A stretch of DNA of 64,000 bases from Tubiluchus corallicola. Lineage: Eukaryota > Animalia > Priapulida. This document shows positions 14,071-26,914 of the stretch, one piece after another. Each line of letters starts with the position of its first letter. Within the stretch, counting starts at the first letter, position 1. The DNA lies in contig JAQGDQ010000862.1 of assembly GCA_030141605.1 (NCBI GenBank), positions 22,938 through 86,937 on the forward strand. Reading direction: 5' to 3'. The notes under the pieces were generated by a model. The model ran no database searches. It was given only the letters and a program-made list of their open reading frames with translations, and was not told where the DNA came from. Both the position numbers and the translations under genes were made by a program.

Positions 14071-16974
14071 TCTATTTATCTATACAAGCATACATGATGT
14101 ATACAGATTAATGATGATGACGCTGATGACACACCGACAGCACAGTTGCATAGCAAAACAATTTTGTCCAGAGTTGAAACTGTATGCTGTATCAGTGCCA
14201 ATAGAGCCAATCCTCCAATGAACGATATAATGCAAACATATTTTATACATTAAACTGCGTTTGCAAACTGTTCCTTTTGAACTTAAAGGACTGATATAAA
14301 TGATAATAAAGGATTCCTATTGCTGAAGCAAAATTATAGGCGGAGTGAAGTAAAATGACGTCACGACAATGGCTTTCAATCAACTAATCTCAGCTCTTAC
14401 TGGTTGAGGATAGTATAAAAGAGGGGTCGCATCATCATGTAGCCCATTCCATTTATCTCGAGAGATCTATATATCTCCTTACAAGAATCCCACCAGATGC
14501 CACTAGAATGTCTTTACTACACTTTATTTATCAAAAATCAGAAGTTGTGCACCTGAAAAAGCCCGCAAAAGGGTTGCTCTGGCATTCCCTTCCAATTTTA
14601 TGAATGCGAATATCACCCACCGTTGAACAGCCTAAATGGGGTGAAAAGGTTTTCCCGCCAGCTGAGCCCGATGGGAAAAATAAACCATTAATGAGGCCAT
14701 ACAGGATCGAGACCTTTACACATTATAATAAATCCAGAAGCAACATTAAATTAATGGTAGACAAATCAATCACAAAATTTGCACATGACAAAAAACCCAC
14801 AATGCCAAATCACACCGCACCACACTACCCTCATCAAGTCTACCACACAACACACTACGCCACTCCATATAATATTGGTTTTTGATTTTGTCTTTAGAGT
14901 GCAAGCGAGAGGGCGCTATTGGAGAAAAAAATAAAGAGAAAATAGTTATCATTTAGTTTGTAATCACTTTTTATAGTCTTGTGATTCGTACAGGCATAAT
15001 TTTGGAATTCAGCAAATAATTTTTAGTTCAAGCAGAAAATTCCGCAAGCGAGCGTGACACAATGCTATAATATTTTTTTACAAGTTTCTCTCTACAAAAG
15101 TGAATTGATGAAAAGTCTAATGAGAAACATTGGTGTGGCAAAGCAGGTATTAAATATTAAAGCCTCTTTGTACAATTGACAAAAAATGCAATAGAACTTT
15201 GACAATAATTGAGATGACTTTTAACCACTTAAACTCATCAGTAATAACGGTTAAGTACAATCACACGCAGCAACAATTTTATTGGGATTTTGCAATAAAA
15301 CCAATATTAAAAATTGACAATATTAAGTGACAATAAATGTCATTTAAAATAATTGTAATTGCACAATAAAGAAAAATATAAACAAGCGAACAGCAGAAAA
15401 AATCTTGCATTGATTTTACTGATACGAGATGCAGCCCAATTTATTCACAGGAAAAATAACCAGCGCACTCATTCACAAAATAGACTAAAATTGGCTACTC
15501 ACGATGAAAAGCAGAAACTGCGGTTTTCACATTTTCGAGAAAACATCATGAATTTGGCACTTAAAATCGATAGCAGAAATTAAATTTCACGCCAAAATCT
15601 CACAGTAATGCACAAAGTTCTGAAAAATGCTAGAGCACACATCAACGGATTCCGTTATTCTTATTTGCCATTAGCAAGATTGCAAGACAAATGATATGCT
15701 TCGTAAGTGAGATGCAAATGACATGAACAATGTCACGCTTAGATACTGACTTCTCGAATTAAAACATTTAGCGCCAGTTATTTCACTTCGTTTTATGCAG
15801 ATGGATTTAATTGATTAATAGATCTTCAAGTTTCATGTTTCTTATTAATATTCATGTTTGTTTATGTAACGCATCTGTTTCTCAGTTTCATTTCTTTCTC
15901 TTTTGGGAAGCATGGTCCATCTTGAAAAACCTGCTGTGGTACGTTTCTCTTCGATTTTGCTAAAATTTACTAATTATTTTAGCCGATAAACCCAGATAAA
16001 AGAGCAGAGTAATATCAAAAAAATGTAAATTTTTTATTTTGTGAAATTCAAAAACCAAAATTTGGTACAACGCCTGTAAAAAATTGGCTGCAGTGGATAT
16101 TTGAAAAGGGAAGCTTTAGCAGGATTTCCCCAAAATTAAAAGCTTCTGAGCAGACAAAGTCTTATGGGGGCGGCGCCAGGAGAGCAGTAAGTAGGTGGTT
16201 TTTTCACCTGACACTTTGACAAGCTAATAATGACTAATTGTTGCAAAATGAATACAATAAATGAAAGTTTTTCTGTAGTTTTTCACAAAATTTGGGTCCA
16301 AGTGAAAAAATGAACCAGCTGTTTGTTAAATCACAAAATCATGTACTTCACACTTGTTTCTGCTTTAATTAAGTTTAGTTAATAAAATTACACTAAAACT
16401 TTAGGTAACCAGTCAGTTCTCTTAGAAGAACGTTGTAACGTCCTGGATGTACAGGCTAGTTTCCCAGTGCATTCAGTTCTCGATTGGTTCTCATCAAGTC
16501 GAGCAAAACAGAAATTAACAATGTACTCATTAAGACCATAAGCCTGGCACTAAAAAGTACTAGTCACTTTCAAGATGTGGCAGTGGCGCCACTAACTACA
16601 GATGTGAAAAATTTGAGGTCTAAAATGGTTCAGATGTGTTTGACTGAATGGTATCATTCATTTTGAGCAAATTAAAAAAAACGAGAAACTTTTTTATACA
16701 ATATTTATAAGGAATAAGTTCAGCTTTAACGAGTCTGAAATTAGTCATTCGCAAAATCAAATTCGAAAAGATTATTATCCCATCTTTAAACAATTAACAT
16801 GCTCAAAGTAATTAAATCAGATAATCGTAGCATTCACAAAATGGACATTCTCAAGAGAAACACTGAAAAATGCGTAAAGTTTTAAGCAGTGTGGGCAGGC
16901 TACAATGCAATAATCACAATTACAGTTACTAGCCAAACCCTGCAAAAATTAACATAAATCCACAAAGACACAAC

Positions 16975-17300
16975 ATTACACTGTATCACACCACACATAA
17001 CATATATACCCAACACACTATCCACATCACAGCACCTGCACCATACCACACTGTCTGCAGCACCATGCTGAACCCATCACACTGCATGCGTCATGCCATT
17101 CAACATTCAACACACATTACGATGTCTTACCCACCACACAACCCAGCATGCTATAACACACCCACAACACCACCTGCCACACAGCATGCCACCCACCCAC
17201 AATTCACAACTTAACACCGAACACGCCACACCTTCCACAGCGTGCTCAGTACATACTACGTCATAAGGCACCACGCCAAACCAACCACACCACATGGTGG
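16975..17300. repeat. CA-rich low-complexity tract
   Basis: Degenerate CACCA/CACAC runs; similar tracts at 14800-14865, 41200-41340 and 56620-56860. Confidence 0.8.
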
Positions 17301-17899
17301 CCATGATGACGACAATGGTGATTTTGGTTGTAACAATTACCATGGTGACACCTACAATACCAATGCTGGCAGCACAGCAGTACCGCGAAGGTTGATACTG
17401 TTTGACATGGCAAATGCTATTAGATCCAATTAGATCAATATAATGAAAGGGTGTTCCACGTTTTTGCAAATTGTTCCTTTTGATCATAATGGAGTACCAT
17501 TGTAATGCTTCATTATAAGAGCCAGGAGCAGCTTCTATTGAAGTAAAATTATACGCAGAGTGCCATGGGAATGACGTCAGAACGCCGGCTTTTTCAGTCG
17601 AAGCCCGTTTCCTGTTCTTTCCAAAGAGCTATTGATCTTATTTCCAATGCTGGGTCCAAGAAAAACGGTCACATGGCACTCGCAGGAAAATGCCTATAAC
17701 ACCCACCGCTGGAAGGGCTATCAATCCGTTACCAGCACCGTTTCAAGACCGTTTCCGTTCTCTAGAAATAAGAGATATGAATTTCGCAAAAAATGGAGCT
17801 AAAAGGCTATTCTCGAGGTTTTTGCTCCTGTTCCTCCAGCTGTGCACGCGTAATTATAAGACTTATCAAACACCACCAAAAAGTTTAAAGAGTCAGAGA

Positions 17900-20290
17900 A
17901 CGTATATATCTTGTCAAACATGCTGCAGTACGATTCTCTTTGTTTTTGCCAAAAGTTTGCGATTATTTTAGCCGATCCAGTTAAAAGAGCAGAATATCAT
18001 CAGGAAAACGTAGATTTTGGAAATCGTGTGGAAACGAAAAACGAAAATTTTGAGAAAAAGCAGCATGAAACGTTTATGTACAAAAGTAGCTGCAGTAGAG
18101 AACTGAAAGGAAATCTGTGGCAAAAATTAATAGCTGAAGTGTCACATGACTTTTTAAAGCAAATTGTAAGATGTTAACCCATTAGTTTAAACATATCAGC
18201 TTAGGTGTGCAGGCAAAATGGCATAGCCATCATCACAGCTGGAGGTTTGCATTTTTTGCCATCAAACAGCATAACTGAATACAATACTGACGCCACCTAT
18301 CTTCTTGAACCACGTGACGTGGCCTATGTAAAAAACTGGTTTTACATCTATTTAAAAAGCCAGGTGCTGTCAGCTACCAGGTAAAACTAGCAAATAAGTT
18401 TGATCAATAGTTATAATTTATAATAGTTGACGTGATTTAAAACGTGATATGAAAACGTTTCTGACGTGATTTAAAACTTAAGATTTTGCATACAATATAT
18501 TCAAGATTTACAGAATTGGACACAGAAAAAAACGCCATATTTTTCTTTGAAAGTTCTAATTTTTTGCTCTATTGATTTGACTTTGCTTTGAATGCACAGC
18601 GACTGCAATTCATAAAGAAATTGCTATTTGTAAATTTCAACCTGTGATCCAGTTAAAGGCCACTCAACCTCGGCGCAACTCTGTCGTGTTTCTTTCTCTC
18701 GCACAGCTCGTAGAGAAAACAAGAAAAATTGGCAATAAATAAATAAATTAATAATTTTTTTCGATCCTCATTTTTCAGTCAGAGATCAGCCAGTGTCAGC
18801 ATGACTTGTGCTACTTGATTTGTCTCATCAATACTTTTCATTTGATAAATTAGTACCTAGTTTCACCTGGTTGACTCCTTCAAGACAGTGTGCATTTTCT
18901 GCACCTTGCGTGGGTTCAGGAGAAACTGCTCTCACTAAGCAGCGATCACGATATATTGTAGCTGTTACAATAGTTGCAATTTTGTACAGTAGATGGCTGT
19001 CTGGTATTGCCCGATACTATTCGGCTAATTGGAGCAGTTATATTATTACAAATCTTACAAGATTGCATATTAATTTTGATTTTAAATGCGTAATACTAAA
19101 TCTACCTACTGTCATTTACGTAATTGTTAGTGACTACTGTTTGTTAATTATTGGTTTTTCTATGGTAACACATTGTAGGTGTTGTATTAGTTTCGATTTT
19201 GTACAATAGATGGCTCACTGATATTACCCAAAGCTATTCAGCCAATTGGAGCATCTGCCATTGCTGGTCATGCATGCTGTCAATCACTCTTACCCATGAG
19301 CTATCATGTGCGACGTTGCTTTCATGCACGCATCGCTACACTCACTCCTCTAGCATGTATGCGAGTGCACCATGTCTTTACCACACTCTACGCAGACCCA
19401 CATGTTTTGGTAAATTATATTCTCCATCCATGTACACTAGCCAAAAATGAATGCGGAGAAATGTCCGTTTTCATGCTAATGTTCGCTGTTTTGGTACAAA
19501 AGTATTACTGAAAACCCCAATGGTGCGAATAAATTTTGCAGACATTTTCATAGAAACCTGAGCTGGTAGAACTGCCTTATTCTCTGTTTCCATTTTTCTA
19601 TGTACTGTAAAAAATAACATAATATATGAAATTGTCACAGCAGCCACCCATCCATTTAGCTGCGAGTATCTGTAGTGCATAACTTCCTCCTTTGCTACTT
19701 ATCAAGTAAACCTCTCAACTTCTCCATTATTGTCAATTAGCGACAGAAAATCAAAAGCAGTTTTGTTTGAGAGCTGGAAATAAAGTTTTGTTATCAAAGC
19801 GCAGGTGTGTTCTATTATTTCTGTTGGAAGTAATGCTTGTCATAATATATCGCCCTGGGAAACGTGTTTTGTTAAGATTGAAAGGAGCTTTTCAAACTGT
19901 TTGTATAGCAAATATTGGGCTAAAAGCTTTTCTTGTGATAATAAAGGGTGAAACCGCCTAACATTAATTGCTGTTTGGATAAGATGGAGAAAGTCTTAAG
20001 TGCTCAGCCACCTGAACAAAAGACTCTTTGTAAGACGAAGAAAGTTTTAAATGCTCAGCCACCTGAACAAAGGGTTCTTTATATGACGGAGAAAGTTTTA
20101 AGTGCTCAGCCACCTAAACAAAAGGCTCTTTACAAGTGGAATTCTAAGATTCAAGTTCTGTTGTTGACTTTGAGCTGAGATAATTGCTGAGAGTGGTTCT
20201 GAAGCAAAGAAAATATTTTCCCACATTTTAACATCTTTTGTAAATTACACTCCCCCGAATACCTGGGAATGACGCCAGGGAAAGAGTTAA
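17900..20290 (+). repeat. Modular dispersed repeat family, cluster 3
   Basis: 18120-18270 is an inverted match to 56470-56620. Module A is at 19180-19465. 19472-20290 is an inverted copy of 59719-60436. A 51-bp unit is repeated three times at ~19985-20135. The block ends at GCCAGGGAAAGAG-TTAA (20290). Confidence 0.85.
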
Positions 20291-20370
20291 TGGCTAGCGG
20301 CTTGAAAAACTCCGATTCGTCCTTGAACACATACGCATTATCGATCGTTGTGTTAAATTAAGTGAACTAC

Positions 20371-20377
<7 letters not shown>

Positions 20378-20401
<24 letters not shown>

Positions 20402-20410
20402 CGTGTGTGC
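20378..20410. repeat. (GT)n microsatellite
   Basis: Direct reading. Confidence 0.95.
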
Positions 20411-20562
20411 GAGTGTATGAATATTGAATTCATGATGAAATCATGATCCAACATTACCCTTTAGCTATTACATTGTTACATTGTTTATAATACATACAAT
20501 TTACATGTTTTATTTTTATTTTCCGTAAGTTCTTCTAATTTCAGAAAAGTTTTCCTCCGTAG

Positions 20563-20790
20563 TCATGCAGCCAAGTCATTCGGTATCAAGGATAGTATCT
20601 GTTTAATTGCGTCAATTTGACAAACCCTCTCATAGGTAGAAACACCGAGAGCTTTGTGATAATCTCGTAGGCTATTATCCAGCCTGCGACCGAGTTGAGT
20701 GTAGCTTTCATTTTTCTGTTTGCCAATACTTCGGAATCTTTCCAAGTACATATCAGGACTGAGAATGTAAGCACCATTTCGCAAACTGTC
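20563..20790 (-). mobile_element. Gag capsid (SCAN-like) fragment of a Gmr1-like Gypsy retrotransposon
   Basis: AYILSPDMYLERFRSIGKQKNESYTQLGRRL...VSTYERVCQIDAIKQILSLIPNDL follows the AY.L.PE.YR.RFR...K...ETY.Q...RL...TFE.L......EQF...LP pattern of SCAN-like retrotransposon capsids. Confidence 0.65.
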
Positions 20791-21624
20791 TGTTGGCATT
20801 GTTTATTTACATTGTTTTAATTGTATGTCTCTATCACTTTAGCTATTTTAGGACCGTTTTTAATGTAAATGTTTACTGTTTTGGTGCTAACGTATTACTA
20901 AGATCCAGGTCTGATGGGAGAGGGGCGTCGGGGGTCAGTGACCCATGGACCAGCAGTTTTGGGGAGAGTCGAGAAGATTAAGGACCAGGGTTTTATTTAA
21001 GCCAGGTCTGTTAAAAGTTTTTTTTATTCATAAAATCTACGTGGATTAACCATTTCTTCATATCTTTTCCTAGTAGTTGAAATAACGGAAAATTGCCGAA
21101 ATAATTACAAAAGTTGTTGATGATATGAGCCTTCATATTCTACGTCCACTGGTGAGTGACAGCTTCATGTAGTTTTGCCACTTGAAGTGGGGTCCTTAAT
21201 GCTTGCTGTCCTGGGGCATTTTTTGCAGACATTTTCATAGTGACATTTGCAGTTTCTCTGTAACAAAGGCGAGCCCTTTTACTGGCACCACAGAAATCGA
21301 TGAAATCATTCAGTTGATTTTTTATCTGTTGTTTTTCTTGTCCTACAACTGTTTCAACTATATACATCATACGAAACAATCCTGAGAATTTTGATTTTTT
21401 GTGAAACCCCGTGAATTTGGACAATAAAAAATATTAAATCTCTGACAAAGGAGAATTACAAAATGTCAGTAAGTTGCAGATGTGCTAATACCGTGTAGCA
21501 CAATTTAGTTAAAATGACCTTCAAATGGGAATGTTTAAAGTAGCTCTAATTTTCAATATTTTGCATGGGAAACGTAGTCCTACTCCAAATCATTGGTGAT
21601 TATTATATGCCTTTCTTAACAGCA

Positions 21625-21935
21625 GCAAAGTGTTTGCTTTCCATCTTTTGTTAACTTTTTCCCTGGAGTTCCAGGTAGGCAGCTTAACCAAACAAAAAGC
21701 TTCTACATTCCATTGACATTCGTGTCTGTATTTGCTCTAAAGCTTTTGTTAACTCTTCCCCAGGGTGTTCCAGCTTAAGCAAACAAAAAACTTTCTGCAT
21801 TCTATAGAAATTCCTGTCTGTATTTGCCCTCCATCTTTTGTTAACTCTTTCACGGGGAGTTCCAGTTTGGCAGCTTAATTAAACAAAAAAGCTTCTACCG
21901 TCTATTCATAATATTGTCTGTCTTTTAACCCATTC
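21625..21935 (+). repeat. Degenerate tandem repeat, three ~95-bp units
   Basis: Recurrent CTTTTGTTAACT(C/T)TT.CC..GG.GTTCCAG...GCTTAA..AAACAAAAA.CTT.CT at ~21645, 21743 and 21835. Confidence 0.75.
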
Positions 21936-22424
21936 TTTCCAGTATTTAAACAGGGCGCAACTAGTTTACTTAAGATTTCTGAAGTATGTGAAAAGATTTT
22001 CTGAGTTTAACACAAAGAAGTAAAACTGTTCGACTTTCTTTAAAAACACATATAGACGTATAGAGTATAAAGGGTATTTGAAAGATGTAATGAATTTGTT
22101 GGGTGCAACTACTAGAAAAATATAGATCTTTTCCACTTCTTAATTACGAATTACGTTTACAAATCGTATTTGAGAAATTCAATTCACCCAAAGTTTAAAC
22201 TTCTTTAAAAATGGCAAACGAGAGAATGACATGAGAAAATTGGCATTGGAACACTGCTAAGGTAAAAAATGGCAAATGAAAGAATGGCAATGGCAAAATG
22301 GTATACTTAGTAAACTATGTGTTTGAATAAAGGTTATTGTGGGGATAGTAATTTTAGTTTTTTTACTCTGCCTTGGAAATTTTGCTTCAACACAGTCTGT
22401 TTGTATAGTTTGTTTTTCGCCAAT

Positions 22425-23190
22425 TACGGCAGTAAGCCTGACATGCAAAAACTATCTAATATATTTCTAAGAATCTACCTGAATAAACGTGGATGGAGAA
22501 GGCCAAAATTCAAGTTTTTTAGCTTGTTATTTTTTCGCAAAGCTTGGCGTTTATGAAAACATCCCTGAAGTACTTCGTCAAGGTCTCTGAGGTAAAGTTT
22601 AGCACACATATTTCGAGATTCCATTTTGAGATTTTCTCTCCTGTAAAACTGTGTAACGCTGATTATGATCTTTTCTTAGTCTATTACCGTCGCCAAAATG
22701 AATAAATAAAAGGTAGATAAAGTATTAAGTATTATTTGTGCATTACTGTTTTTAAATCTATTTAACAAACAAATATTTTGCTAACCTGTATCATACTAAT
22801 ACAGCTACATTTTTGTATATTTGTTTGTTCATTTTGTGTTAAATTTTTTTAGCCAAAATAAGCAGATGAATAAGTTTAGAATTGTTCAGCTCTGGCAGAG
22901 ATTTGTTTCCTATGAGTGCATTCTAGTTTTATTATAGAAATCAATTGCATCCATGTAACATTATGTGCCATTTTTCCCATGCCATTTTTATCTGCACCGT
23001 TTTTCTTGTGCAGAGCTGCTGCTATTATGGTTGTTATTGTCATGGTCATTACTGCTGTTGTTGTTTCTGCTGTTGTTATTATTGTAAAATAAATACAACG
23101 CCAGGCTAAGTGTGACGATGTTGTAGATATAATCCATGTACTCAAATTTGTGACACAAGTTTCTTACATACGTTCAGGCATTTTTTGCCT
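22425..23190. repeat. Modular dispersed repeat family, cluster 4
   Basis: 22425-22800 is an inverted match to 57990-58390; 22850-23190 is a direct match to 10020-10340. Confidence 0.8.
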
Positions 23191-23490
23191 TTAAAATTAT
23201 TAAAAATGACAGTCATTTGATCTATTAATAGTTATTTTGATTTAAGCCAATAACAATAGACTAAAAATGGTGATAAAATGGCAAGCTATAAAATCTACGT
23301 AGCATAAAAAACTGCGCAAAAGGTACAGTACTTTAGAGACGGCTTTGTACAGATCAGCATAGCATGCATACTAAATGTCCTAAATACTTTAAAAAATTAT
23401 CAGCAGTTAAAGAATGAAGCACATTTTTTGCTTTTGTTGTGTTTTTAAAAAAGTCGGACTTTGTTTTTTTGCACATGACAAAGAATGTTG

Positions 23491-25649
23491 TGTATCCCAC
23501 AGGATACATTGGGAACAAACGGTTGTAATTCACTTTCATAATAATAGACCCAGGAATGCAATGATGTGCAATAACCTCTTTGCAAGTCCAGTAATTAGCT
23601 TTTTAATTAGTAAAGTATGTTTATACTACTATGTTAATGTGTAAACAATTCCACTCGAGTCCCTTTCCAATTTATTCATTATACTACTTCACTACATATT
23701 AGTATCTAACAAGGTGGTTCAAGACACTATAAAGGTGCTACACTAAGGACAGTAAATCCTAAGTGGCAATTGCAGTGATATAAAGAAGGCATGATACCGT
23801 ATTATACCCTATGGTGAGTACAAACTTTCTTTTTATTTTTTATATTTCTGTTTCACTTTACATTTTCACTGTTCATAGGTTTCATCAATTCATGAATTTC
23901 TATGCACCAAGATTATTACAATAAACATATGTCGCTTTACATTCCACTGTTCATTGCAATAATATTGGATTATTGTCTTAGGTAACAAAATGGATTCCAT
24001 TTCAACATCAAAATTTTATGAAAAGCCAGTGGATGTATGGACTCGGATGTTGTTGTAAGACATGGCAGAAGAGAATTAATTTTGTTACTGGATGCTGACG
24101 TGTCTGAACCTGAGAATGAATCTAATGATGATGATGGAGAAAGTGATTACTCAGAGTCTTCATGCTCAGAAGTTAGTGACTCAGAAATCGACAGTAATCA
24201 GCCAACAACATCAACAGCTCTGCAGAACAAAGGCTCTGGTTTTAAATGGAAGACACCCAAAAAGAATGCACAGCCTACTGCCATAGAATTCTCGGGGAGG
24301 TGGAGGACTACAGAGACAGCATCCAACCAGCTTCTTGGTATTTTAATCAATTTTGACCAGTTGAATTGATAGACTTTATAGTGGAGCAGACAAATTTGTA
24401 TGCAGCGGAAGATGGAGGCAACTTTGTGACCTCAACTGAAGAAATCGAAATTCATTTAGGAATTCTCATCAGAATGGGTTTGACGGGTGTGCCTCAATAT
24501 AGAGTATTGGTCAAAAAAAATTTCGAGTGTCTGCCATTGCAGATCATATTAGCAGAAATCGATTTTTTGAGATAAATCGATATCTACACTTTGCTGATAA
24601 TGCTCACATAGTAAAAGACCGTGATGATCCAGCTTATGACAGATTGTTCATGGTTAGACCACTGCTGAACATAGTTAGAAATATGTGTCTTGAAGCAAAA
24701 CCCCTTCAACGGCAAAGCATAGATGAGCAAGTGATTCAAGGGGAGAAGTTACCTTCGCCAGTATCTTCCAAAAAATCCTAAAAAATGGGGGTGTAAAGTT
24801 TTTGAGACATGAAAAAGAAGGGCCGCGGTAAATATGACAGTAAAGTGGTCATAATTTCTGCAATAAACGCTGTTCCCTCGTAACACAAGAAATCTGTTAC
24901 ATTGACTGCGACAGATGTTGGTGTAAATCCCGTCCAGAAGGTGAAACGACATGACAGAAAGCAAAAAATGATGTATATTATTGCCCTGCAATTGTAAAAG
25001 AGTACAACATGCATATGGGGGCAGTAGATCTGTGTGACATGTTGATGAGTTTCTACAGAATTGATCATAAGAGTACAAAGTGGTACAGAGGAGTATTCTT
25101 TTGGTGCCTTAGTGTTGCAGTTGTAAATGGTTGGCTACAATACCGTCATCACTGTACACATCTTATACTTCCAAAATAATCACAAATGGATTTCATGGAA
25201 TTTGCTTCAGAATTGAGTACTTCTTTACTAACAGAAGACAAAAAGATCGAAACGAGCCGTAAACGACGCCTCCCACCACCTGCTGAAGAGTCAGATGAAG
25301 ATAATGTGCAACCTAAGCACTACAATATTTACAGCGTTTACAATCCTAGAAAGCCAGAAAGACACTTTCCAAAAATAGAGAATAAAGGCAGAGATGCAAG
25401 TGCTGCTGCAAGCTCAGCCAAACAAAATGTATAAAATGCAACGTGTTCTTATGCTTGCAACAAGATCATAATTGCTTCTTGAGATTCCACATGCAAATTC
25501 CATGTGGAGATTCCACATAAGTCAGAATTTTGTAATAAAATTCCACGACTTTATTAAATGTATTGAATAAACTTCAGATTTCCAAATATACAGCATTTGC
25601 TTATTGTCATGTTTAGCAACCATTGAATCCCAATGTATCCAGGGATACA
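23491..25649 (+). mobile_element. Decayed piggyBac-family DNA transposon
   Basis: Transposase relic 23990-~25500 flanked by a ~33-bp inverted repeat pair (23491-23525 and 25617-25649). True TTAA termini not found. Confidence 0.85.
23990..25500 (+). pseudogene. piggyBac (PGBD-type) transposase pseudogene, multiple frameshifts and stops
   Basis: MDSISTSKFY start, acidic N-terminus, IVEQTNLYA, ISRNRFFEINRYLHFADN, DRLFMVRPLL, SIDEQ, RQYLPKNPKKWG, YNMHMGAVDLCDM, KWYRGVFFWCLSVAVVNGW and a C-terminal Cys-rich KCIKCNVFLCL...NCFLRFH. The middle of the catalytic domain appears deleted. Confidence 0.9.
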
Positions 25650-26914
25650 GGTGATATTTAGCATACGGGCACATGCAAAAAAGAATTATTATGTGTAAAC
25701 AAGATGGATTGGTGAAAAATTGGCTGTAGTGGAGAACTGAAAGGGGAAACTTCAGCAGGATTTTTCCAAAATTAAAAGCTTAAATGTCACATGACATTTC
25801 CAACCAAATTGGAAATTGTCACTGTGACGAACCAAAGATAGAGGGAGCTGATTAAATCGGCTCACGTACCTAGATTCGTAATTCAACTAAGTGACGTCAT
25901 GAGCAGACAAAGTCATTCATTATGAGAGCGGCGCCAGAAGAGCAGTAAGTAGGTGGTTTTTTCACCTAGAACAGTGTCATGGATACCAATTAGGCTAACT
26001 GATGCAAAATGAATACAATAATTGCCTTTATTTTTCAAGTCTTGTTCATTCAATTAAATAAATAAAAAATAACCAGAAATAAAAGACATTCTAAAGAAAT
26101 CTGTAATTGGATCTATATTAAAAAGCTAGTCCATATATGCAGCCTTTAATGAAAAAAAATCAATTTATAACTAAAAGCTCCTATGGTAATCTAATAGTGA
26201 AACCTTTACCGACAAAGGTTTTGTAAAAAATTACCTCAACTGTATTTGCTCACATTTGCTCACATACATTTGCTCATTACCTTGGTTTTGTTAAAAACTA
26301 TTGTTCGTGCTTTTTTACAAAGCCCGTGTGCCAGGTATTACCTGATAAAGTGTAATTAATTACCTGCAAGGTCTTTTATATAGTGAAAATTATTGAGATA
26401 ACATAGCAGTGTTTTTCTTTCTGGCAGCACCATATGTTTACCTTACCTGAGAAGTGGTCCAAGCAACAAAATTAATTGCAGCTGGCAGCTCTGTAAAGTG
26501 ATTTTTGAAACCATTTGCTAAAGAAATTTCGTATTAAAGTTTGTGGACATTCTGGGTGGCAGGAACATGAGCTGTACACGTGGTTAAAGTTAAAATTGAT
26601 GAAAATGAAAGTTTACAAGATCGAGCAAATGAAGATGAAGAGAATGCTTCAGAATTACACAGTGAACATCATTAGTCTATTATGTCAGAATTTTGATAAG
26701 CTATTAAAAAACAGTATAGCATAAAAACAATAGTACGGTGGTGAAACGTCTATTTGCAATCTTCACACATCATTCATATAGTTACAACAACTTGACCTGT
26801 ATCTTGGTTTTGACCTACCAGGGGCACCACGATTGGCAGTTGGTCATTCTACTCAGTTAGTAGAATGTCATATTTGGTTAATATATTATTACCCAGTAAC
26901 ACATATTTGGTTAA

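Noticed and set aside
26447-26490. 44-nt minus-strand segment with good splice sites as candidate next Fringe exon
   Set aside because: In the required phase it reads RAASCN* and lacks the WFCH.DDD motif.
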